Shown piece by piece: positions 50,508 to 61,059 of a stretch of 64,000 nucleotides of DNA (positions are counted from its first letter, which is position 1; every line of letters begins with the position of its first letter). Below the pieces are notes generated by a model. That model was not told the origin of the DNA, did not search any database, and worked only from the letters and a program-made list of their open reading frames with translations. This DNA is from Azolla caroliniana. Taxonomy: Eukaryota > Plantae > Polypodiophyta. The stretch covers positions 10,230,001 through 10,294,000 of the forward strand of contig JBHGNT010000004.1 of NCBI GenBank assembly GCA_043228905.1, in the 5' to 3' direction. A program made the translations under genes and the position numbers.

Positions 50508-51937
50508 GTGGAGTTGACACCCTCCAAATGTTCAAGTGTGTTCGAGATCCAATGGGGATCAAATGTCGAGTATGCATAGTTGCAAAGTCGTGCTAGGAAA
50601 ACCCACGATGGTTTCACAAGAAAGTGGATCTGGAGGCACATTTATTGAAGGAACATGGCGTTAGGACCGTGTTTCCAAGAGGGTTGAAGATAGTGGAAGA
50701 GGAGGAAGCATTGGAAGGTAGTCCCAGATACTTTAGCAACTACGAACGAGAGAGATCAATCAATCACTTTTTTAATGTTGATAAAAAATATAATAGAGCT
50801 CATCTGTCCCACTTAAGAACAATAAAGCAAAAAGCACTCGAGGAATACAATGCAATCCCTAATGATCTTCGATCTTGCACAGAGGCTGAATTTGTACAAA
50901 ACTTTACATGCCACAAGATCGAGAAATATGATTCTACAAAAGAGACGCGGATAGAGAAGATTAAGGCTAAGATTGCAAAAGGTTACGACTTTTATGTAAG
51001 TATTTTATTTTGGGTTTAGGGTATTTTTAATAATACTCATCGAACTAATAATATGTTGCCAATTTGATACCTTATAGTGTAGGGCTCAAAAGGTGCAAAT
51101 AGACAAAGAAGATTGGAACATCTCAACTAGCGGTGGGCATAAGACACAATTTAACTTGGAAGCATACCCACCGGGTAGAGCCAAAATCCCAGTGAGACGG
51201 CCAAAGTTGGACCCGACCTTATGGGTACATATTCCATTTGAGTCAAAGGAGGATTATGAAGATGTCGGCTACGTTCAGATCGCATACAGGGAAGTCATAA
51301 GATCCTTATCCATGACAAATGGAAAGACATTCACCAGGTGTTCTGGTTGTACAATCGATGATTTAGTGTACTAACAATCAACATTCGAAGGGTATTCTCA
51401 TGTTGTAATATTATGATGCAAAACAGATTCCAACTTTTTTGTAGAAGGTTGAATTTGTCTGTTTACATCGGGGAACGTGAATTGCAATCGATGTGCACCC
51501 ACGGAGAGATGGCATCGACATGGTCCATGAATAATCCAATTGTATTTATTGACCCAATGAATGAATAAGCCAGCTACTAGGGAATTTAAGAGTTTGGCAG
51601 AAATGGCTATAACCAAAGTCACAAGCACCGTCGCAGACCATAAAATCATACCTGAGAACCGATATACTAAAATCCATATACCAACTCAGCCCAACGAAAC
51701 AGATTGCATATATTATGTAATGCAAACAATTCGTATGTTTGTCGAAGAGTTCGCTTATGGCCTCAAATCACCAAACTTCGTAAGTATCTTATTATTTCCA
51801 TTTTCTATAGTCACCCTCGATTATTGGTTCTTATACATCCTATTTGGTAGGGGTCTGAGCATTGGTACGACGATGATGACGTCTACCTTCTACGCGTTAC
51901 AATTGCTAAGTGGGCACGACGTGTTTTGGGTTTCTGA
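50508..51937 (+). pseudogene. Decayed multi-exon gene with a C2H2-like zinc finger and an Ulp1/C48-like cysteine protease domain (transposon cargo)
   Basis: CRVC...WFHKKVDLEAHLLKEHG, IVFIDPM, IPTQPNETDCIYYVMQTIRMF and HWYDDDDVYLLRVTI. GT-AG-bounded AT-rich gaps, at least one stop and one frameshift. Confidence 0.6.
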
Positions 51938-52909
51938 ACTTATAACCTGATCCTGTTTTCTGTCATCCTCTATATGGCTTGTACATGTTTATTATACCCC
52001 TCAGTATTGTAATTGGGTTTATTGTAATAGCCACACTTGTATCTCAGAGACGTAATATTGGTCCATTTGTTAAAGCCATATGGCATGTGTAAACAAACTT
52101 GTAGGTACTCTCGGTATTAAAGTCAATTGTCTTGCAATTTTGGACAATATGAATGCCTTGTAGGTATTGTAAATTTCGGCATGTAATTTTGCCCACAATA
52201 TATTGTATTTTACGTGTCAATACAAAGCCACACTTTTTGATAAATTCTTGTGCATATTGTAGTAACTTTTGTTTGTGCATATTACGCTATAAACAATGAA
52301 TCAGACGTGTTGCTTCTTTCAATATTATGTCATAATTGGGCAAACGGATATATGTCAATAATAGTATATATGGAAGTTGAAAATTGATGTTAGATATATA
52401 TGGTATATATGTTGTACATTATCACCTAACCCGGAAAGTAATATTTGCACCTAACCCGGGAAAGTATTTGTAATATGGCATCGGGAGGTTCAATAAGTCG
52501 GAAGCAACAAATTGGTGTGAAAAGAGGAGCCATGCCCAACATTTCACAAGAACTTATTGGCAGCTCCCCAAACATGACCAAAACACACACTGGCTGACTA
52601 CAAAGAGGTGCTCGTCGTGCTAAGAGGTGGTTGCCAATATGTGACACTAAGAAGGTTCGGTGTTTGCATTGTGATGGTTTGACATTGACTGACTTCAAGA
52701 GACTCCAATGCAAATTGCTACAAAAATTGTGGGTGTATCTTGCCGTGCTTTGAACAAGAGCCTTGATCTCATAATTTTTATTACATTACATCATGTGATT
52801 ATTATATGTAAAATCATGCAATTTTGTATTATAAAAATTAGGCTTGATATTTTTGAGTAATCTTAGCATCTTTTTTTAACTATGATCTCTTCATAAATTT
52901 TAATTGGGT

Positions 52910-53225
52910 ACTTGGGTTAGGTGCATGCACCCGGGTTAGGTTAGACCTGGGTTAGGTGTGACAGAGGCTTGTTAGACCCGGGTTAGATGTGACTGAGGCA
53001 ATTGTTAGACTACCCGGGTTAGATGTGAGAGATCCGATTGTCAGACCCGGGTTAGATGTGACAGAGGCAATTGTCAAACCCGGGTTATAGATGTGAGAGA
53101 TCCGATTGTCAGACTCGGGTTAGATGTGACAGAGGCAATTGTGAGACCCAGGTTATAGATGTGAGAGATCCGATTGTCAGACCCGGGTTAGATGTAACAA
53201 AGGCAATTGTCATACCCGGGTTAGG
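52910..53225. repeat. Right subterminal tandem array of the TIR element (units of about 31-35 bp starting CCCGGGTTAGATGTGA)
   Basis: Alternating units ...GAGATCCGATTGTCAGA and ...CAGAGGCAATTGT. Inverted relative to the left array. Confidence 0.9.
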
Positions 53226-53398
53226 TTTTCAGCGCGCGCTTTTTGTGGATAGAGATCGAACGGTGCAGATCACAGGCGCCATTCAAAACGTGTCCTGCAC
53301 CGTCCGTGTCCGCGATTTCCTCACCCTCACCAGGAGGCCTAATTATGATTTGGTTGCACATAGAAACGAGCCAGAGACAGACAGACAGACAGACGGAC

Positions 53399-53444
<46 letters not shown>

Positions 53445-53483
53445 AAAGCAAAAGGAAACTGTGTTTGATTGATTGAATTTCCA

Positions 53484-56400
53484 ATGGATCGAGGAGGCGG
53501 AGCGTCGAAGAAGAAGACGAAGGGGACGGCGGAGGCGGAGGCGGAGGCGGAGGAGGTGAGCCCTCAGGATGTCCTCAATTCCCTCATGAACGATGGGACC
53601 TTCGACAGCCTTCGCCACAAGATCATCAACCAGCTTAAGCACAACGTAAGTCTTCTGCTTCCGCTGCTGCTTCCTGTTCAAAACCCTAATTTATATCGTT
53701 GGCTCTCTTGACAGAACCTAAATTTGTTCTTTTCTGTCCTTCTCTCTCTCTCTCTCTCTTTTGTTTGTACCTCCTACATCTGAATCTGTCATTACTTTGC
53801 ATGGGGTTTCCTGTCTTTTCTCGGTTCCACCGCATCTTTCCTGTCATTATTTCCGTGGATTTGTGTCTTTCCTTGTGTGATTCTTTGTTTCGACCACAAT
53901 CTCTTCTGTCTTGGTTCTGTCGTCATTTTGATGAAACACCATCGAAATATACTTTCTAGCTTTATTCCTCCTTGGTTTATTATCATCTCCATGAAATGTA
54001 TTTCATTGTTTGATTTTATCCATTTCCTTGATATACATTTTACCAACTTGGTCTCTTCCGCACCTTATCATTTCCATGTAAATTGTATTACCTGCACTTA
54101 TTCTTTTCAATCGCGTCTTTCTTTCTTATAGAAGCTGCCACGGAGAAGTATTTTTTCTAGTTAGATCCTCTTCTATTTTTTATCACTCCCATGGAATCCT
54201 AGCTTTATATGTCTGTAGGGCATCCCTTCTTTTCTTCAACAGTCTACCACATCTTTCTCACGTGAAGCATGTCATGGAAAATATTTGTTTTTCCAGAGCC
54301 ATTCCGTTCTGTTTATTCATTGTTTTGCATAAAATTCTAAAATTTTATATGTAAAGATTCCTTTTTGTTTCACCACACCTTTATACCAGGATGTTTTTTT
54401 TTCTGTCTTGGTTCTTATCTTTTCTGTAGAATTTGTTCTTTTGCCGGATTCTTTGGTTGTACCATATCTTTCTGTCATCTAGAGTTTTGTTGTTCCAGCA
54501 TGATTCTCTTCTGCATCGTTATCATTTCCTGTATCAAAGAATTCCCAGCGAGATCCAATGCAAAAGGACAAAATCATTGAAGTCTCGGCTGTGTTCCATG
54601 TGAACAACTGCTTGATGAGTGATTGCCATGTCCAATCTGATGAAGAGGAGTATTTCTCACTGTTCCATCCAGGCATTGTGGTACAAAAATGAGTGAAAAT
54701 GAATTCAGGAAATGGCATGGTTTTCTGGCTTTTATAGAAACATTTGTTTTGCAGCCATGCTTTCAGTCATGCTACTATATGTTAGAATTAACCTCAATAG
54801 GTCTCTCTACTGTACATGTGAACATCATTACCATAATATTCAGATTGATGTTCTAAAGTGGACTCCATAGGGCAACTCCTAGGTATGAATTAACTCGCAG
54901 TGGTGCTAAAGCCATGGACAAAATAACAGAAATATGCTTCATCTGCAATGGAGACACTACTAAGGACAACAAACAAAGCTCTTATGTTTTAATTCGTATA
55001 ATTCTTTGTACTATGTGGCACTTAATTCCATGATGCATATTTGCTAAAAAACTGGAAGCAGGCCCAGAGGTTTGACTTGTAGCGAGAGTGACAAGAGAGA
55101 GAAAAATTGCTGAGGCTAGAAAATATAGAAGAATAGGTAGGAGACATATGTACGTTTTTGGAGCATCCTCATCATCTGTTTTGTGGGACAAAAGTATGCA
55201 GTTTTATTAGAATGTGGTTTTAGGGCACTTGAGCCACTATACATTGGCCAAAAGACCTAAATATGTCCTAGACGCATTCCAGAGATGGTATTGTGAAATG
55301 GTCTTCATAAGTTTACAAATGGAGAGTTCTTGGGCCTTCATACCGAACAACCTTCCACTTAAAGGGCCAATAAGGTTCCTTTAAGCTATGTAAGTCTCAC
55401 TAGCTGAAGACAATTTAAATCTTGTGCCGTTGAGAGGTACTTCTAGTGAGAGCATCTACAGGATTCTGTGCAGCGCTGATTTTATGCAATGAGAAGATTT
55501 CATCTTCTATCACTGCTAGTAATCAGTAACAGTTTGGGAGTATCAAGCTCAAACCCTTTCAAACCAAATCATTTAAAAATTTTGAAATTTAAACCGAACT
55601 GAAACCAAACCATGAAATATGTGAACTGAAACCACACAAGTCAAACTGTTCAAGATAACTGCAAACCATTTAGCCGCAGTTTCACTATTCAGTTTTAGCT
55701 TGAACCAAATTGTTAAACGGGTATTGTTTCTTTAAAACTCGAAAAGAAAAATGTAAAAAAGTTGTTAAGGTTCGAATTAAAAACCTCATAATACATATTA
55801 CATAGTTTAGAAAGTTAATTTATGCATTTAATAAATATTTAAAAATGTTCCCCGAACTGTGCTGTGGTTTTGAAGCCAAACAAGTCGCAAACTGTTAAGC
55901 CAATAAATGCTCCCTGACGAAGTGATACCACACGTCAATGTGATCAGAGCATGCACAAAACATTGCATTTGTAGCAAAGCATATGCCACTTTGGCAATCA
56001 AAAGGATGTTTTGATGTCCTGTTGGATAAACGTTTAAATATATTCAGCCTCAGTAATAGTTAATGCAACTGTCCCTTGCAATGATGGAATACCATGAAAT
56101 TGTTAGAAATATTGAGAATCGATTAGATAGGTATATAGAATTACAACCACAGAGATGGATATATGAAAACAAAACTTCTATTACATATGAGAGTAGCTCA
56201 CAGTGGTAGTTCACCCATGCGTTCACACCTTAGAGCTTGGATGGGATCTGGACCAGCTCACTACAAAATTAGTGGGGACTGATGATCAATACACCACTGT
56301 GTAAGAGAGTGGATTATATTCTCTGTTTGGTCTGAGTGTAACATTAAATGTGCATGTCAGTTGATAGTAGTGGAGATATTCCTTTTCTGTCAACTGACTT

Positions 56401-59022
56401 GTCATTTAATATGACCCAACTCCCTAGATATAGGCTAGTGCTAGATAGTACTTATCTTGAAGTCAATGTCACATACTTCAAGACTAAGTACATTGTAGCT
56501 TGCCCACAAAATATTCTAGTTGACTTGATTAGCCAATCCTATTACCTATTTCGCTCTTCCCTAAATCCATTGTGTCCTACGCATGTACGGTTTCCTAGAT
56601 TAACACCTTATCGACCCATATGGTCGAGTTGCACACTAGCTGCTCCTCATTTGCGGCACTATCACAAAATGTGCACTCTAAGAGCACATATGGGGATAGA
56701 TTTACAACTTGGGGCTGATCATTGATTATATCTATCAGAAACTGCATCACTGGAAAGTTTAAATAGATATCCAGTAGTGAATTTGTGTGAATTCACATCA
56801 CCTGTCATATCAGAGCCACCTAATCCACGTAATTCCAATGGACCCTTTCAATAACATAAAGATTTATTTCTTGTCCTGACTTTTCAATGTGCATTGCTAG
56901 GATTAGTAATGAACGTGTTAATAACTCCCATTGAATGTGCAATGTATGGTCTTGTAGCAACCATGGCATACATCAATGAACCACAAGCTGAAGCACATGA
57001 TAAAACCTTTCGATGAATTGGCTGGCTGTTGCATCAACTATTGGGTAGTGTTTTTTTGCTAAATTTGGCATGGCTGCGAGGGTTTGCATCACTCATGTTG
57101 AACCTCTCAGTGAACTTTATTCGGATACATAGAACAGCCACTGCTGCCTATCCCACTTTATCCTCAATACTGATGATACTTTCTGAAATCTTTCATGGAA
57201 AAGGCTGATTTATTTTTTCTTTAAGTGCATTAAGAGTCATTTTCTTTTTCATTACCTGTGTCAATTGCTAATGTTTCTATGCATGGAATAATCTCTAATT
57301 CAAATTGAAAACAAATTTTGTGAAGATAAACGGCTGGAGGATCGAGGTCTTACAAGTATATTGCCAGAATTGTCCAAATTTGGGGTGTTGCTACTGGCTG
57401 TATTTTTATTGTTTCTTTGCTATTTATTGTATGTTTTATGTTTTTTGAAGCAATAAAGAATTATCAAAGAGGGGCAACAGAGTATCAAACTGTTTGTGAT
57501 CTACGTTCTGTAATTTTATGTAGCTTAATGAGAGTGGAATCCTACAAGTATTTCTACTTTGTAAAACATTGGCCAGGTGACAATTTAACTAAATTGTCTA
57601 TTCCATCTGTGGACACTGCAATCTTAAGCAAGAATTTCTACTTCATATAAGATGTTGGTTCCGATGGTGCTTCACCTGCCCTTTGGAAATTCCATGCACT
57701 CATTGAGATAGATCATGCTGTCACTAGTTTAATTACTGTATTTGAGTTGGAAATTAGAAAATGGTTGTTTTGTTGTGGGTTCTCTTCATTTTGGATTATG
57801 TAGGAGCCTGGGGTGTGTTCCTGACTGTGTATCTGCTATTTCATATCTATTAGTCAAGGGGTTTATCACCTTGAATGTGTTTCTCTTTTGATTATCTTAT
57901 GAGAGTAATTCTTTGTTGAGGCTTGCTTCTATGAGTTAAGAGTACATAAAGAACTTCGGTGTGCAATCGTAAATACCTAGGAACAAGGGAATTGTCATTT
58001 ATCAGTGGTGGGAACTTCCTATACAGAAAAGGGAAAATTTACATTTGTTTGGCCAAGTCCAAATACTAACATTCTTATTTATTTCCCCAAATGCTCTTTT
58101 GTTATTTCCCAAAATACTCTTCCTCAATCATGGAACGAGGGGGAAAGGGGTTGAATTGACCATAAAGTTGGCCAAATAGCACATATAACTGGTAAATAAG
58201 GGTTAACAAAGGACATATGAGGGAATAACAAGAACTTAGGTGCATTTAAGGAAATAAAGAAATCAAGGCCCTTCTATCTAGTCAGTGTGAAATCTTCTGT
58301 GGACAATACCCATAGCCAATCCTGACACAGCCCTCCCTGTTCTCATGCCAAACTGATATATGAAACAATGGAAGTTGTCTATTACTACCGCCACAAATCC
58401 TTGACATGCTTCTTCTTATATAATTTTCTACAGGAGGAGTTAAAGAAATATACCACAACCATGGTGGAGCAGAGCCAAACATTGAATACTCCAGGGGCTG
58501 AACAGAAGTCAAAAAGGGAACTTTTTGTTGCACTTAGAGAGGAGCTCGAGTAACTACTTTCCTTTATATATGTTCTGATACTTTTTAAAGTTATATGGTT
58601 TGGTTCTGATTGCTGCTTTGCATACCTATAGGGGTCCAGTACTAGAGAGGGCATCTAAGGCAGCTTGGGAACTGATCCTTTCTAAGGAGGGCGTTGGAAC
58701 CGAAATTTCAGAAACTGTTTATAGAGCATACAATCAGCTTCATGGAAAAGAGGAAAGTCATTATTCTCCCCCTGATCTGCATACACCAATCATGGGTAAT
58801 GCTCATGAAATGCAAAGTCATGGTTATGGAGTTGGCCAACCAAATGGACAAATGCAGGAACTATGCCAGACACCTTTAACAGCCCCAAAGGTGAGTATTA
58901 ATAAGGAATCATATTTCGCTAAAGATAAGATGTTTCGTTCACAACCCTTTGTCTTTTAACTGTATGTATATGGACTTACAATCTATGGATTGCTCATGCA
59001 GGTCACACTAACACCACCCTGA
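53484..59022 (+). CDS. COMPASS-Shg1/BOD1-domain protein; exons 53484-53645, 58434-58549, 58632-58890 and probably 59002-59022
   Basis: Canonical GT-AG splicing in matching phases gives VLNSLMNDGTFDSLRHKIINQLKHN|EELKKYTTTMVEQSQTLNTPGAEQKSKRELFVALREELE|GPVLERASKAAWELIL, recognisable as the conserved plant Shg1-like domain. Intron 1 is 4.8 kb. The last exon is less certain. Confidence 0.82.
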
Positions 59023-61059
59023 TAATGACATGGGATTTGGTTCTGTCGCAGGGCGCATTCCCTGATTTCCACAGGAAAAAGGTTACATGATGCCCAATTC
59101 TTTCAATGTGAAGGATTCAGAATTGTAACAGCTCATTAATGGCCAAGTAGTGATAAATACACAGATGCAAAGTTGCTGGTTAGCTAGAGATTTTGATTAC
59201 GAAAAGAGGTCAGAATGGGTTGAAATGGAAGTAATGTGTATTACAAGTGGTTCAGCTAATTAAGAGTATCACAAATGATGAAGTAACACGATGAAATCTT
59301 TAAAAGTATGCAAGAGGAAGCATACTGGCAAGGGAGAGGGGTTAAGTGGAGATGGATATGACTTTCCAGCAATTGTAGTTGAATCTATCCAAAGGTAATT
59401 ACAGCTGACATAATCTGCAGATAGCCTAAGCTTTAAAGTGTGAACCATAACTTGTTAGGTGGTCCTATAATCTGCAGGTGTGCTCTCTTATATTGTTGTT
59501 AGATTTTAACGTTTTAGCTGTGTAATATTGATTCTTGTTTGGCACTCCCAATAAAAAATTCCTTGAAATGTGGCTTAAAATAAAAAAATCGAATGCATAA
59601 TCTAGGGGAATCATTTCATTGGACTTCGTCATTAAATTAAAATTTGAAAAACCTTCGATATTGTTAGCTTGGATACTTAATATGCATCTGGCATTGAAGT
59701 GTCAAGTTGAGATGTTAGTATAGTGCATAAGTGAGCAAAGTTTATCAATAAAATGTATTTCAAGTCTATAAATTAATAAGTTATACATGGAATATAACTG
59801 GCTTCACGTTCCATATTTCTCCTTGAAACAGAAATAGCATATATTAATTGGATTACAGGTTCACCTTGAATGTTGGAAGAAATCTTCATGACATGTTTGA
59901 TGGAATGATAAACTGCAATATTGGGAGACATCTTGGTGACATGTTTGATCTATGTTTGAGACCATTTTTGTTTTATGGTTTCTTGTGTTGAAGAATCATT
60001 TCGATTTAGGACTTACGGTTTAGCCCTAAACCCTGAACTATTCTGACAAACATATAGCCAATTGGTGATATGTAGTTTGTGTAAGGCAATTTACATTATT
60101 TGGTACCCAATCGGAATCCTAATGTTTTAGAAAAGAATGATATCATTAGGGGTGAATAAATTTGTATACCATATTCGCAGATTGGGGCTTGGTGCTTCAA
60201 AGCATGAATATCCCTTCTTAGAAAGGAAACACACATCAAGATAAATTTTGTACTTTGGTCCTATGGGTCAATATTGGTCTCTTTACCAACTCTAAAAATA
60301 TCTATCTATCTTCTATCTTTGTCAAGGCTTTGCAATCATGAAAAATACAAGACAAGAATAATTAGGTATGATGGTCAAATTGGGGCATAGATTTTAGATT
60401 TATTGTATTGGCTACTCTTACAAAGACTTGATATTAGTTACTCTTACAATTCAAGTCTTCTAGTAGCATGTTTAAAGAAGAGTTGAAAAGTGGGGTCACT
60501 ACAAATCCAATGCTTGTTATGTTTTTTGTATATCCTTCTTTCTTTCTTTCTTTGTAAACTTGAGGTATGTGCACGTTAGCATGTTCAAAGAGTTGAAAAG
60601 TGGGGTCACCACAAATCCAATGCTTGTTATTTAGCATGTATGTACCTCAAAATTGTCTTAAATTGCAAGTTGTCTTGTACATTGTCATTTTTAACCCTTG
60701 GGTTATGGAAATGTGCAAGTTAATTGTCGGATGTAAATTGTAATGATTTCACGCCAAAACTTGAGTGCTTGGTATTGTGAATATAAGCACTAGAGTCTAA
60801 AACCAATTTGTTTTTACTTATAAAAATTCATTTATGTAATTATAAAAAATTTCATGGACATAGATGCAAAACAAAATTTCACTGGAACATCACATGGCTC
60901 GCGGGGGGTTAATGTTTTTTATTTGATTTAAATTGCAATGTTAAGAAAGTCTAACATGAAAATTGTTAACATGTTAAAAGGAAATATTGGTGCGAAGGGG
61001 TTAATATCAATCATTTCACTAGAATTTTCCCAAACATTACTAGACATCCCTTATACCAA

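Larger units (their letters stand above)
35581..53371. mobile_element. Large TIR DNA transposon, probably Mutator-like (MULE), with no transposase recognised and three nested retrotransposons
   Basis: 35581-35730 aligns with the reverse complement of 53221-53371 (shared blocks ATAATTAGGC, GGTGAGGAAATC, GGACGGTGCA, TTTTGAATGGCG, CACCGTTCGATCTCT, AAAACCT). Flanks CAGAGACAA (35572-35580) and CAGAGACAG (53372-53380) match at 8/9. Subterminal arrays are mirrored. Ulp1-like cargo. Confidence 0.8.

Noticed and set aside
55530-55900. AAACCG/AACTG-rich patch resembling hAT/MITE subterminal repeats (similar patch at 32450-32575)
   Set aside because: No convincing TIR pair or TSD could be defined.
60465-60632. 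About 50-bp direct repeat (GAGTTGAAAAGTGGGGTCAC...GCTTGTTAT)
   Set aside because: A simple local duplication with no TG...CA ends, PBS or PPT to suggest a TRIM.
60691-61004. TTAA-CCCT...AGGGG-TTAA suggesting a piggyBac-like MITE
   Set aside because: The inverted match is only a few bases and is compatible with chance.
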